Source: the human T2T-CHM13v2.0 reference genome, Homo sapiens. Taken from it: a DNA stretch of 64,000 bases. The stretch is taken from the NCBI RefSeq assembly GCF_009914755.1, contig NC_060943.1; one strand, 5' to 3'. Below the pieces are notes generated by a model. That model was not told the DNA's origin. It saw nothing but the letters and a program-made list of their open reading frames with translations, and made no database searches. Shown here one piece after another: positions 29,570-43,400 of this stretch (position 1 is its first letter; the number at the start of each line of letters is the position of its first letter). The position numbers and the translations under genes were made by a program.

Positions 29570-32500
29570 TTTGTTCCAGCAAAAGACACGATCTCATTAT
29601 TTTTATAGCTGCATAGTATTCCATGGTGTATATGTACCACATTTTTCTTTCTCCAGTCTACCGCTGATGGTCATTTATATTGATACCATGTCTTTGCTAT
29701 TGTGAATCATACATGTGCAACAAACATACACGTGCATGTGTCTTTATGGTGGAACAATTTATATTCCTTTGGGTGTATATACCTAGTAACGGGATTGCTA
29801 GGTCAATTGGTAGTTCTGTTTTTAGGTCTTTGAGGAATTGTCACACTGTGTTCCACAATGATTGAACTAATTTACACTCCCACCATAGTGAATACGCATT
29901 CCTTTTTCTCTGCAACATTGCCAGCATCTATTACTTTTTGATATTTTAATAATAGCCATTCTGACTGATATGTGATGGTATCTCACTGCTGTTTTGATTT
30001 GCATTCCCTAATAATCAGAAATGTTGAGCTTTTCCACATACGCTTGTTGGCCACATGTGTATCTTCTTTTGGGAAGTGTCTGTTCATATCTCTTGCCCAC
30101 TTTTTAATGAAATTGTTTGTTTTTTTCTTGTATATTCCTTAAGTTCCTTATAGATGCTGAATGTTAGCCTTTTGTCTGATGTGTAGTTTGCAAAAATGTT
30201 CTCCCATTCTGTAGGTTGCCTGTTTACCCTGTTGATAGTTTTCCTTTGCTGTGCAGAAGCTCTTTAGTTTAATTAGATCCCATTCGTCAGTTTTTGCTTT
30301 TGGTGCAATAGCTTGCACCATCTGCATCATGAGTTCTTTCCCCATTCCTATATCCAGAATGGCATTGCCTAGGTTGTCTTCTAGGGTTTTATAGTTTTGG
30401 GTAATACGTTTCAGTTTCAGTCTCTGATCCATCTTAAGTTGATTTTTGTGAATGGTGTAAGGAAGGGGTCCAGTTTCAATCTTCTGCATATGCTAGACAG
30501 TTATTGCAGAACCATTCATTGAATAGGGAGTCGTTTCCCCATTACCTGTTTTTGTCAGCTTTGTGGAAGATCAGATGGTTCCAGGTTTGTGGCCTTCTTT
30601 GTGGTCTCTCTGTTCCATATGTGTTTGTTTTTCTACAAATACTATGCTGTTTTGGTTACCGTAGCCTCATAGTATAGTTTGAAGTTGAATAGCACGATGT
30701 CTCCAGTTTTTTTCTTTTTGCTTAGGGATTGCCTTGATCATTTGGGCTTTTTGTTTGTTCCAGATGAATTTTTAAATAGTTTTACCTAGCTGTTTGAATA
30801 ATGTCATTGGTAATTTTACAGGAATCACTTTGGATCTACAAATTGCTTTGGGAATTATGGTCCTTTAAATGATATTTGTTCTTCCTAACCATGAGCATGG
30901 AGTGTTTTTTTGTTTGTTTCATCTCAGATTTCTTTGAGCAGTGTTTTCTTTTTCTGAATTTTTGCCTTGAAGAATCTGGCAAATTGTATTTTACAAAGGT
31001 GGTCATGATGATATCTCTTATCCTATACGCTTTTCTCCAGTGTGATTTTTTATATATATTTTTTATTTCCATGGGTTTTTGGGGAACAGGTGGTATGTGG
31101 TTCCCTGAGTAACTCTCTTAATGGAGATTTGTGAGATTTGGGGTCACCCATCACCCGAGGAGTACACACTGAACCCAATTTGTAGCCTTTTATCTCTTAT
31201 CCCCTTCCCTCCCTTTTCCCCCCAAGTCCCCAGAGCCTATTGTATCATTTTTATGCCTTTGCATCCTCATCGCTTAGCTCCCACTTATGAGTGAGAACAT
31301 ATGATGTTTCATTTTGAATTAATGAGTTACTTCACTTAGAATAATGGTCTCCAATCCCATCCGGGTTGCTGTTAACACCATTAACTCATTCCTTTTTATG
31401 GCTGAGTAGTATTTCATTATATGATGGTTATTTGCACTGGTTTCACATATTTGCAATTGTGAATTATGCTACTATAAACATGTGGGTGCAAGTATCATTT
31501 TTGTTAATGACTTCTTTTCCTCCAAGTAGACACCAAGTAGTGAGATTGCTGGATCAAATGGTAGTTCTACTTTTAGCTCTTTAAGGCATCCCACACTGTT
31601 TTCTATAGTGGTTGTACTAGTTTACATTCCCACCAGCAGAGTAAAAGTGTTCCCTTTCACCTCATCCCGTCTAATGTCTATTATTTTTTGATTTTTGATT
31701 ACGGCCATTCTTGCAGGAGTAAAGCAGTAGCACATTGTGCTTTTGATTTACATTTCTCTGATCATTAGTGATGTTGAGCATTTTTTCATATGTTTGTTGC
31801 TTATTTGTATATCTTCTTTTGAGAATTGTTTTTTCATGTCCTTAGCCCCCTTTTTGATGGGATTGTTTGTTTTTTTACTTGCTAGTTTGTCTAAATTAGT
31901 TGTAGATTCTTGATATTCGTCCTCTGTTAGATGTACAGATTGTGAATATTTTCTCCCACTCTGTGGGTTGTCTGTTTACTCTGCTGACTGTTTCTTTTAC
32001 CATACAAAAACTCCTTAGTTTAATTAAGTACAACCTAGTTATCTGTGTTTTTATTGCATTGGTTTTTGGGTTCTTGGTCATAAAATCTTTCCTTAAGCCA
32101 ATGTCTAGAAGGGTTTTTCTGATGTTATCTTCCAGAATTTTTATAGTTTCAGGTCTTAGATTTAAGTTCTTAATCCATCTTCAGTTGATTTTTGTATAAG
32201 GTGAGAGATGAGGATCCAGTTTCATTCTCTTACGTGTGGCTTGCCAATTATCCCAGCACCATTTGTTAAATATCCACTTATGCTTATTCTCCACTTTATG
32301 CTTTCATTTCCTTTGTCAAAGATCAGTTGGTTGCAAATACTTGGGTTTATTTTTGGGTTTTCTATTCTGTTCCATTGGTCTATATGCCTATTTTTATACC
32401 AGTACCATGCTGTTTTGATGACTATGGCCTTATAGTATAGTTTATAATCAGGTAATGTGATGCCTCCAGATTTATTCTTTTTGCTTAGTCTTGCTTTGGC

Positions 32501-35110
32501 TATGCAGATTCTTTTTTGGTTCCAAATAAATTTTAGAATTCTTTTTTCTAGTTCTGTGAATAATGATGGTGGGTATTTTGATGGGAATTGCATTGAATTT
32601 ATAGATTGCTTTTGGCAGTATGGTCATTTTCACAATATTGATTCTACTCATCCATGAACATGAAATGTTTTTCCTTTTTTTGTGTCATCTCTGATTTCTT
32701 TGAGCACTGTTTTGTAATTATCATCGTACAGATATTTCACCTCCCTAGATGGCTGTATTTCTAGGTATTCTATTCTTTTTGTGGCAATCATGAATGTGAT
32801 TGTGTTACTTATTTGGCTCTCATCTTAGCTGTTGTAAGAAAGAATGATAGAGATTTTTGTATGTTGATTTTGTATCCTGGATTTCTCTAAAGTTGTTTAT
32901 CAGCTTAAGGGCCTTTTCAGCTGAGACTATGGGGTTTTCTAGATACAGAATCATGTTGTCTGCAAACAAGAATCATTTGACTTCTTTTCTTCCTCTTTGG
33001 ATGCCCTTTTTTCTTACTCTTGTCTATTGCTCTGGCCAGGACCTTCGCTAATATGTTAAATAAAAGTGGTGAGAGAGAGCATCTTTGTCTTGTGCCAGTT
33101 TAGAGGGGAATGCTTTGAGCTTTTGCCCATTCACTCTGATGCTAGCTGTAGGTTTGTCATAGATGACTCTTATTATTTTGAGGTATGTTCCTTCAATACT
33201 CAGTTGATTGAGGTTTTTAACATGAAAAGGTGTCGAATTCTACTGAAAGCCTTTTTTGCATCTATTGAGATAATCATGTGATTTCTGTCTTTTGCTGTGT
33301 TTATGTGATGAATCAAATTTATTGATTGGCATATGTTGAACCAACCTTGCATGCCAGGGGTATAGCCTACTTGATCATGGTGGGTAAGCTTTTTTCATGT
33401 GCTGCTGGATTCAGTTTGCCAGTATTTTGTTGAGGATATTTTTATTGATCTTCATCAAGGATATTTGCCTGAAATTTGTTGTTGTTGTTGTGTCTCTGCC
33501 AGGTTTTGATATCAAGATAATGCTGGCCTCACAAAATGAGTTAGGCAGGTATCTCTCCTCCTCAATTTGTTGGAATACTTCCAGTAGGAATGATACCAGC
33601 TCTTCCTTGTATACCTGGTAGAATTCAGCTGTGAATCCATCTGGCCCTGGGCCTTTTTTGGGTGGTAGGCTTCTTATTACTGATTCAGTTTTGGAGCTCA
33701 TTGTTGGTCTCTTCAGGGATTCAATTTCTTCCTGGTTCAGTATTGGTCAGGTGTATGTATCTGGGAATGTATCCATTTTCTGTAGATTTTTTAGTTTGTG
33801 TGCATAGAACTGTTTATAATCTACCTGATGGTTGTTTATATTTTTGTAGTGTCTGTGGTAATATCCCCTTTGTCGTTTCCAATTGTGTTTATTTGAATCT
33901 TCTCTCTTTTCTTGTTTATTAGTCTGGCATGCAGTTTATTTTGTCACTTTTTTCAAAAAAATGAACTCCTGGAATCATTGAATTTTTGACTGGTTTTTTG
34001 TGTCTTGATCTCCTTTGGTTTAGTTCTGATTTTTTATATTTCTTGTCTTCTAAATTTGAGGTTGACATGCTCTTGGTTCTCTACTTCTTTTTTAATTTCA
34101 AAATTAATTTTTTCAAAATCGTCACATGGTAGGCATTCTCTAGTTCTTTTAGGTGTGATGTTATGTTGCTAAGTTGAGATCCGTGTAACTTTTTCATGTC
34201 AGCATCTAGTGCTATAAATAATCCTTTTAATACTGCCTTAGCTGTGTCCCAGAGATTTTGTATGTTGTATTATTTTTCTCACTAGTTTCATTGTTCTCAT
34301 CAGTTTCAAAAAACTTCTCAGTTTCTGACTTAATTTCATTATTTACCCAAAAGTCATCTAGTAGCAGGGCTATTCCATTTCCATGTCATTGTATGGTTTT
34401 GAGTGATTTCCTTAGTCTTGATTTCTAATTTTATTGAGCTGTAATCTGAAAGAAGGATTGCTATCATTTCTATTCTTTTCTATTTGTTGAGGAGTATTTT
34501 ATGTCTGATTATGTGGTGAGTTTTAGAGTATATTCCATGTGGTTTTGAGAAAAATATATATTCTGTTGTTTTTTGGGTGAAAAGTCCTGGAGAAGTCTAT
34601 CGGGTCCATGGATCAAGTGCTGAGTCTAAGTTCTGAATGTCTTCGTTAATTCTCTACCTCAATGGTCTTTCTAATACTGTAAGTGGGGTGTTGGAGTCCC
34701 TCACTATTACTGTGAATTCTATTATTCAAAGTCTCTTGGAAGGTCTCTAAGAACTTGCTTTATGAATCTGGGTGCTTTTGTGCTGAGTGCATATATATTT
34801 AGGATAGTCAGATGTTCATTTGAATAAAACTCTTTACCATTTGGAAAGCCCTTAGACAACCTTTCAAAGTGACTTGGAGCCCCAGAGCACTGTAGGATTT
34901 GCTGGAATTCAAGTTCCAGCCAATGGGATAAAAGATTCCCCTTGGCTAAGGCTGGTTTAAGTGCTCCCTCAGTTGGCATGCAAGACTGGAGTTGCAACAC
35001 TTTTTCTTATCACTTCAATGCCTCTTTCAGCAATACAGAGTTAAAAACAGGTACTACGAGGGCCTACCTGATTCTTGGTTCTCATGGAGGTGCTTTTTCT
35101 ATACGGATGT
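29570..35110 (-). mobile_element. Nested antisense primate L1 elements (ORF2 and 3'UTR pieces, 5'UTR remnant ~34855-35105)
   Basis: ORF2 peptides in ORFs 32222..32593 and 33411..33701 ([12 protein letters not shown]). Confidence 0.9.
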
Positions 35111-35552
35111 TACAAGATAGAGTGTCCTAAATGTGAGTTGTCCAAGTTCTTGGCATATTGGAAAAATAAATTGAACAAAATGCCACAGAGTGGGCACAGA
35201 TTTATTGAAGACAATTTACACAGTGGAAGCAGACTCCACTTGAGCAAGCAGCTGCTTAAGAGCCCCATCAAGGGCCAGACAAGGTGGCTCACACCTGTAA
35301 TCTCAGCACTTTGGGAAACCGAGAAGAGCAGATCATGTGAGTCCAGAAGTTTGAGACCAGCCTAGGAAACGTGGTGAAACCCAGTCTACTAAAAATACAA
35401 AAATTAGCCAGCCATAGTAGCACATGCCTGTAATCCCCGCTACTCAGGAGACTGAGGCATGAGAATTGCTTGAACCCAGCAGGCAGGGGTTGCAATGAGT
35501 CAAGATTGCACCACTACACTCCTGCCTGGGTGAAAGAGTGGGACTCTGACTC

Positions 35553-35555
<3 letters not shown>

Positions 35556-35610
<55 letters not shown>
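35556..35610. repeat. (CA)n microsatellite at an Alu tail
   Basis: Read directly. Confidence 0.97.
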
Positions 35611-35613
<3 letters not shown>

Positions 35614-35674
35614 CCTTCTTTGTTTTTTTTTCCAGTATCTGAAAACAGCTTTATGGTATATTTATCTCTGTGTA

Positions 35675-38600
35675 TTTATTTATTTATTTTTAATTATTAT
35701 TATCCTTTAAATTCTGGAATACACGTGCAGAACGTGCAGGTTTGTTACACAGGTACACATGTGCCATGGTGGTTTGCTGCACTCGTCAACCCATCATCTA
35801 CATCAGATATTTCTCCGAAAGCTATCTCTCCCCTTGTTCTTCAACCCCCAAAAGGCCCCAGTTTGTGATGTTCCCCTCCCTATGTGCATGTGTTCCCATT
35901 GTTCAACTCCCACTTATGAGAGAGAACATGCGGTGTTAGGTTTTCTGTTCCTGTGTTAGTTTGCTGAGAATGATTGTTTCCAGCTTCATCCATGTCCCTG
36001 CAGAGGACATTAACTCATCCTTTTCTATGGCTGCATAGTATTCTTTGGTGTATATGTGCCACATTTTCTTTATCCAGTCTATCATTTGGGTTGGCTCCAA
36101 GTCTTTGATATTGTGAACAGTGCTGCAATAAACATACGTGTGTATGTTTCTTTATAGTAGAATGATTTATAATTCTTTGGGTACATACAGTAATGAGATT
36201 GCTGGGTCAAATGTTATTTCTGGTTCTAGATCCTTGAGGAACTGCCACACTGTCTCCCACAATGATTGAACAAACTTACACTCCCACCAAGAGTGTAAAA
36301 GCATTCCAATCTCCACATCCTATCCAGCATCTATTGTTTCCTGACTTTTTAGTGACCACCATTCCAACTGGAGTGAGATGGTATCTCATCGTGATTTTGA
36401 TTTGCATTTCTCTAATGACCAGTGATGATGAGCTTTTCTTCATATGTTTGTTGGGCACATAAATATCTTCTTTTGAGAGGTGTCTGTTTATATCCTTCAC
36501 CCACTTTTTAATGGGATTGTTTGGGTTTTTTTGTGTAAATTTGTTTAAGTTTCTTGTAGATTCTTGATATTAGCCCTTTGTCAGATGGATACATTGCAAA
36601 AATTTGCCCCCATTGTATAGGTTGCCTGTTCACTCTGATGATTGTTTCTTTTGCTGTGCAGAAGCTCTTTAGTTTTATTAGATCCCATTTGTAATTTTGG
36701 GTTTTGTTGCCATTGCTTTTGGTGTTTTAGTCATGAAGTCTTTGCCGATGCCTGTGTCCTGAGGGTATTACCTAGGTTTTCTTCCAGGGTTTTTTTTTTT
36801 GGGATTTAGGTCTTACATTTAAGTCTTTAATCCATCTTGAGTTAATTTCCATATAAGGAGTAAGAAAGGGGTCTAGTTTCATTTTTCTGCATATGGCTAG
36901 CCAGTTTTCCCATCGCCATTTATTAAATGTGCGCATGGCACATGTATACATATGTAACTAACCTGCACAATGTGCACATGTACCCTAAAACTTAAAGTAT
37001 AATAATAATAAAAATAATAATCATAAAAAATATGTAATCCTTTCCCCATTGCTTGTTTTTGTCAGATTTCTCAAAAATCTGATGGTTGTAGATGTGTGGT
37101 GTTATTTCTGAGGTCTCTCTTTTGTTCCATTGGTCTATACATCTGTTTTGGTACCAGTACCATGACATTTGGTTTCTGTAGCCTTATAGTATAGTTTGAA
37201 GTCAGGTAGCATGATGACTCCAGCTTTCTTGTTTTTGCTTAGGATTGTCTTGGCTATAGTGAAGAAAGTCAATTGTAGCTTGATGGGGATAGCATTGAAT
37301 CTATAAATTAGTTTGGGCAGTATGGCCATTTTCATGATACTTGTTATTCCTATCCATGAACATGGAAAGTTTTTCCATTTGTTTTTATCCTCTCTTATTT
37401 CCTTGAGAAGTGGTTTGTAGTTCTCCTTGAAGAGATCTTTCATATCCCTTGTAAGTTCTATTCCTAAGTACTTTATTCACTTTGTAGCAATTCTGAATGG
37501 GAGTTCAGTCATGATTTGGCTCTCTGTCTATCATTGGAGTATAGAAATGCTTGTGATTTTTGCACATTGATTTTGTATCCTGAGACTTTGCTAGAGATGC
37601 TTATCAGCTTAAGCAGATTTTGGGCTGAGACAATGGGGTTTTCTAAATATACCATCATGACATCTGCAAACAGGGAAAATTTGACTTCCTCTTTTCCTAT
37701 TTGAATATACTTTATTTCTTTCTCTTGCCTGATTGCCCTGTCCAGAATTTCCAATACTATGTTGAATAGGAGGGGTGAGAGAGGGCATCCTTGTCTTGTG
37801 CCAGTTTCCAAGGGAACACTTCCAGCTTTTGCCCATTCAGTGTGATATTGCCTGTGGGTTTGTCATAAATAGCTCTTATTATTTTGAGGTACGTTCCATC
37901 GATACCTAGTTTATTGAGAATTTTTAGCATGAAGGGGTGTTGAATTTTATCAGAGGCCTTTTCTGCATCTATTGAGATAATCACGTAGTTTTTGTCATTG
38001 GTTCTGTTTATGTGATGGATTACATTTATTGATTTGTGTGTGTTGAAGCAGCCATGCATCCCAGGGATGAAGCCGACTGATCGTGGTGGATAAGCTTTTT
38101 GATGTGTTTCTGGATTCAGTTTGCCAGTATTTTATTGAGGATTTTCATATCGATGTTCATAAGGGATATTGGCCTGAAATTTCCTTTTTTTGTTGTGTCT
38201 CTGGCCAGGTTTTGGTATCAGGATGATGCTGGCCTCATAAAATGAGTTAGGGAGGAGTCCCTCTTTTTCTATCGTTTGGAATAGTTTCAGAACAATGGTA
38301 CCAGCTCCTCTTTGTACCTCTGGTACAACTCAGCTGTGAATCTGCCTGGTCCTGGGCTTTTTTTGGTTGGTAGGCTATTAATTATTGCCTCAATTTCTGT
38401 GCTTGTTATTTGTCTATTCACGGATTCGACTTCTTCCTGGTTTAGTCTTGGGAGAGTGTATGTGTTTATGAATGTATCCATTTCTTCCAGATTTTCTAGT
38501 ATACTTGTGTAGAGGTGTTTATAGTATTCTCTGATAGTAATTTGTATTACTGTGGGATGAGTGGTGATATCCTCTTTATCATTTTTTATTGTGTCTATTT

Positions 38601-38980
38601 GATTCTTCTCTCTCTTCTTCTTTATTACTCTGGCTAGCAGTCTATTTTGTTAATCTTTTCAAAAAACCAGCTTCTGGATTCATTGATTTTTTGAAGGGTT
38701 TTTTATGTCTCTATCTTTTTGAGTTTTGCTCTGATCTTAGTTATTTCTTGCCTTGTTCTAGCATGTGAATTTGCTCTTGCTTTTTTAGTTATTTTAATTG
38801 TGATGTTAGGGTGTCAATTTTAGATATTTTCCACCTTTTTGTGGGCAGTTAGTGCTATAAATTTGCCTCTAAACACTGCTTTAGCTGTGTCTCAGAGATT
38901 CTGGTACATTGTGTCTTTGTTCTCTTTGATTTCAAAGAACTTACTTATCTCTGCCTTAGTTTCATCATTTACCCAGTAGT
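35675..38980 (-). mobile_element. L1PA-type element, 3' ~3.3 kb
   Basis: RT motif [19 protein letters not shown] in ORF 37509..37811; L1PA 3'UTR and T-rich tail. Confidence 0.93.
36929..37030 (+). mobile_element. Very short young L1 3' end (L1HS/L1PA2-like) with A-rich tail, nested in an older antisense L1
   Basis: CATGGCACATGTATACATATGTAACTAACCTGCACAATGTGCACATGTACCCTAAAACTTAAAGTATAAT. Confidence 0.85.
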
Positions 38981-39410
38981 CATATACCTTTACATTTTAA
39001 AATACCCAGACAACTGTCATTGGATTGTGTGCAACAGAAAAGATAAATGCTTGAGTAGACGGATGTCCTACTCTCTGTGATGTGATTATTTGCATCCCTA
39101 TATGATATTTTATGTACCAGATTAATGTATACACCTACTATGGACCCACAAAAATTAAAAACAAATGACAGACAAAAGACTAATATACACATGAAAACAT
39201 ATGCCACGTCACGGGTCATTAGGGAAATGGAAGTCAAAACCACCATGAGATACCACTTCACACTCATTAGGATGGCTATTACATTAAAAAAATGAAAACT
39301 AACAAGTGTGAGGATGTGAATAAACTGGAACCCTTGAACATTGCTGTTTGGAATGTAGGATGGTGTGGCTGCTGTGGAATATATTATGCAGTTCCTCAAA
39401 AACGTTACTC
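38981..39410 (+). mobile_element. L1MA-like 3' end (to ~39170) followed by an older L1 ORF2 fragment
   Basis: GATAAATGCTTGAG...TACACCTACTATGGACCCACAAAAATTAAAAA, then GTCATTAGGGAAATG...ATGAGATACCACTTCACA. Confidence 0.75.
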
Positions 39411-40452
39411 ATCATAATATACATCTCTTTGGCAACTGGGATCAATTTTTTCTATAAATTCAATAATGTCAATTCACTGACAATAAAACTGAAGAGAAAA
39501 GTGAAGTAAGAGGGAGAAGAAAGCAAAGGAGGAAGGGAATTCTAATTCACTCCATCTTTAAATTCTAATACAGGTATTAAGGATGCTTCCCTTCATCACG
39601 AAAAGAGAACTTGAGGAGGGGTCCTGAGTCTCCCACCCCAGGTGAAGAAGACTTCATTATGACTGAAGTCCAATCACCTGTACCTGCACATGTCCTCACA
39701 CAGTCTGGAACTAAGGAGCACACAAATCAAGAACTAGACTTAAGAATCTCAACTTTCTCCCTGAATCTGCAGGAGAAAGAGTGTCTCTGAAAATTTTTAT
39801 TCCTATGGACACTCAATGAAAAGAAAAGGGTGCAGCTAGAGCCCAGGTGTGTGAGATGCAGATGGGAACAGCCCTCACCTGGCAGAGCCAAGGGGACCAG
39901 TGTGGGATCGGGGAACACAAGGGCTTTCTCTACCTTCCTCCATAGGTCCTGCTTAGGATCAAGACCAGTGTTCCCCCAGAACCTCTATAGGGAAAGGGAA
40001 AGGTTATCTTTCACTACCAATGATTTCTACAAGAATCTTCACTATTTTTACCATTGTACAAATTAAGAAAATGTACACCTTCTTGGGAAATTATGCACAG
40101 TGAAGAGAAGGCTTAATGAGAGGCATGGATGCTGGACTTCACAATCCCTCATCTTCACTCCATCATCCTTATCTGTGCATTTCCCTGGTGACCCCTTCCT
40201 CCCCCGGTACCTCTATCACTGTCATTTCTGCTGCATCACAGACACAGGCTTGCAAACAAGTGTGATTGTGACTGAGTCTGTTTCTGACACCTTACCCCTT
40301 CTCACCCTGTGGGAATCCTTGCTGAGAGTGTCTTGGAATCAGGAATGAAGCCGCATGGCAGGGCTGACAGGGACCATTTAAATGCTGCAAGTCCAAGACA
40401 TTCACACTGAAGCCTAGACACAATTCAGAAGAGCCAACCTAAGGGAGCAAAT

Positions 40453-43400
40453 ATGTCACCCCTACCTGTGAGTTGAAAAGGCACACCCTTCAATAACCTC
40501 AAGTCACATAAAGGAAGGTGGAATAGAGACTTTATGAGATGAAAATGTGAGAGTTTGTATTGTGAGTGCTTTACTAGAGTTGTGTGTGTGCGGAAGACAG
40601 AGACCCTGGGGCTATGGTGTCTGAGATGTTTGTGGGGTGTTGAGTGTGGACCCTGGACCAGTGTAACCTTTTGTGAGGGTGCAATGGCATCTGATGAGAG
40701 TGAACTCTGCTGAGATGATGTGACTTTAGGTGGGAGGTGGAGAGGCCACCAGCATGGGTGAAACGTGCCTGAGTGTAAGAGGGTGACTGTGTTTTGTCTT
40801 CCTGTCTGTGATGTGTGTATGAGCACAGCCAGACCAATGCATGAGCACCTTTACATGCACAGTGAGTAGGCATGTGTGACTCAGTGAGTGGCGTGGCTCT
40901 GTGTGACTGTGGGTGTGTGTGCTGGGATATGACTTGGTGTTGAACTGGGAACATACATGTGGCTTTCTGTCCATGTGAAGGTTCCTCCTCACACAGCAGG
41001 GCCTCTGATGAAGCAGCTGTGCATCTTCCCATGTGTGTCAATGTGGATGCCGGGTGGCAGAACTGGTGGGGATCTTGGGGACTGGGAGTTACCAATGACT
41101 CGTTTGTGAGCATTAATGAGAGCAGAATGTATGATCTGTAGAGGTCTCTTCCCAGGCAGAGTGGAAAAGAGGAATCCAGACTATGGGAACGATGGTTCCT
41201 TAGGTGGGGTCTGCACACAGTGACCATCATCTCCTCCCTGTCATCCTCAGGTCTCTTCCTGTCCCCCACCCAAGCCTGCCCTTCCCATTCTAGTTCAGGA
41301 GGGTATGCAAATCCTGACTCTCTGAGGAATAACATTAGAGACTGTGGTTTCAGAGACTGAATCACCCCAAACCGGGAAGGAACAAGTGTAGCCTCAGTTC
41401 AGATAGAGCTTACTGTGGATATTAATCATCAAAGTAGCAGGGTTTGCTGGCTCATGCCTATAATCCCATCACTTTGGTAGGCAAAGATAGGAAAATAACT
41501 TGAGGCCAGGAGTTTGAGAGCAGCCTGGGCAAAATAGTGAGACATTGCCTTTACAAAAACTTTAAGTAACAGACAAGCATAGTGGCGAGCATCTTTCATT
41601 ACGGCTACTCAGAGGCCAAGGTGTGAGAATCCCAGCAGCACAGAAGTTCGAGACTTTAGTGAGCTATGGATGCACCACTGCACATCAGCGTGGGTGACAG
41701 AGGAAGATCATGTCTCAAAAAGAAAGACAAAATATCCACTTGTGGGTTCTCTCTATCTACTTCCTTAACCCACACTCTTCATTTGTCTAAGTGCTGGGGC
41801 TGTGCTTTCAACAACTTTTACAACTTCTGGGAACGAAGTCCGTGGCCCTTGATGACTGTGATGCATGTTCATCCCACACACAGGGGTTTCCTGTTCTTTT
41901 GTTATTTCCCTCTCTCGTTCAACAAGTGTTGCTTCTTACTGGAATGGATTTCTCTACTGTTACATCCTCAGGTCTTGTTTTCACAGATATTAATTTCTCT
42001 AAGATCACCCTACAAAGTAAGAATTTCTAATAAAGACAAAAAAGTAAAAAGTGTAGAAAGTAGAGGAAAGAAAGAGTTTAAATAATCTTCCTTGTACATG
42101 GGAAATTAAATTAGGCAGCGATCAAGTAATGGATCTATGATTGCACTGCCAGTAAGAGGCACAATCAGGACTGGAGTCCAGGAAGCCTGGCTTCTGAATC
42201 CTTGCTCCTCATGTCTTTAGGAATATGGAGTTCTGACTGCGATAGGGTGAAAGAGGTAAGTCCTCACAGTTTGCCTGTTGATCTCTAACCTTCTGCATCA
42301 TGGGAATGTGTCACAAAGCTGGAGGCCGCACCTGGCCTGGCCCCTCTCACCCACTCTCAATCTCCTAGCAAGTGCCACACACAAGGCCTGTGTCCTTGTC
42401 CATTGGTTCTTGCATGACAATCAGAGGGACATCGATCATCCCTTTCAAGTGAGTACTCCATGGTCCATGGCACAGGGGTGGAAAAGAAAGGAGAATATTT
42501 ACTCAGGACGTGGTCTCATGTGGGTAATGTGGAAATGTGTAGTTGGCAGGATGGAGGTAGCATGCCACTGTAGATCCTGGGGACCCTCCAGCACCAGGCA
42601 TGAAACCTGCAGTGGCTAAACTCTGGGCTAGTCATGGGGCCTAGGGGAAGAGGACACTCAAAGGTTGGGGCTGTGGCTCTTTATCAAGGGGCATGGAATT
42701 TTCAGAGAATGAACATAGGCCCAGGTAAGTGACTGTGGCTCACTTTCCATCTTTTGATGAGGGGCAGAGCACGTCCCCACGTGGGGGAAATATGAGGAGC
42801 TAAAACAGCCCCACAGGGACGAGGCCTGTAGTATGACAAGGGAGCCTTCGTTCTGTACTGGGGAAAGAAAGGAAGGGATTTGTGTGTGTGTGTTGATTGT
42901 GTGCCCCACAAGGGAGGGGCCTGCCCAACACTTCGTATGCTTTGCCCTCAGCAATCATTCAGCGCTGCAGATGGAATTCTACACTGGGACAAATGAGGTC
43001 TCAGACATTCCCTTCCATTTCTGAGTGCACTTTGGCCATTGTTTGGTCATTGACAGCCGTGTGTGGCCTGGACGTATGAGAGGAGCTGCAACAATGGGTT
43101 CTTTGAGAATGGCAAACCATTTGATCTGAGCATCTTGGTGCTGGACAATGAATACAAGGTGAATGCCCAAGGAGCTCCCAATACCTGGCCTTCTTGGGCT
43201 CTGAGAGCAGAAGGCAGCTCTCCCTGGCCTGGCCCCAGTAGTTGTTCAGGACCCATCTCTCATAACTACTCCTGCCCCGGGCACAGCACCCTCTGCTTGC
43301 ACTGCCTTTCTCAGCTCTTTTCCAAAATCTGACTAGGATCAAGGTCATCACACCTAGGATTTCCCCCAAAGTGTAGAATCTCCTCAGTCTTTTCCCATTG

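Noticed and set aside
29570-38980. L1 ORF2/RT fragments as an active retroelement or novel reverse-transcriptase system
   Set aside because: Fragmented by stops and frameshifts, nested and truncated; ordinary dead L1 copies
40574-41365. 263-aa minus-strand ORF (and the paralogous 165-aa ORF at 60949-61446)
   Set aside because: Antisense to GT-rich, low-complexity intron 1; His/Thr/Ser bias; frame and length not preserved between paralogues
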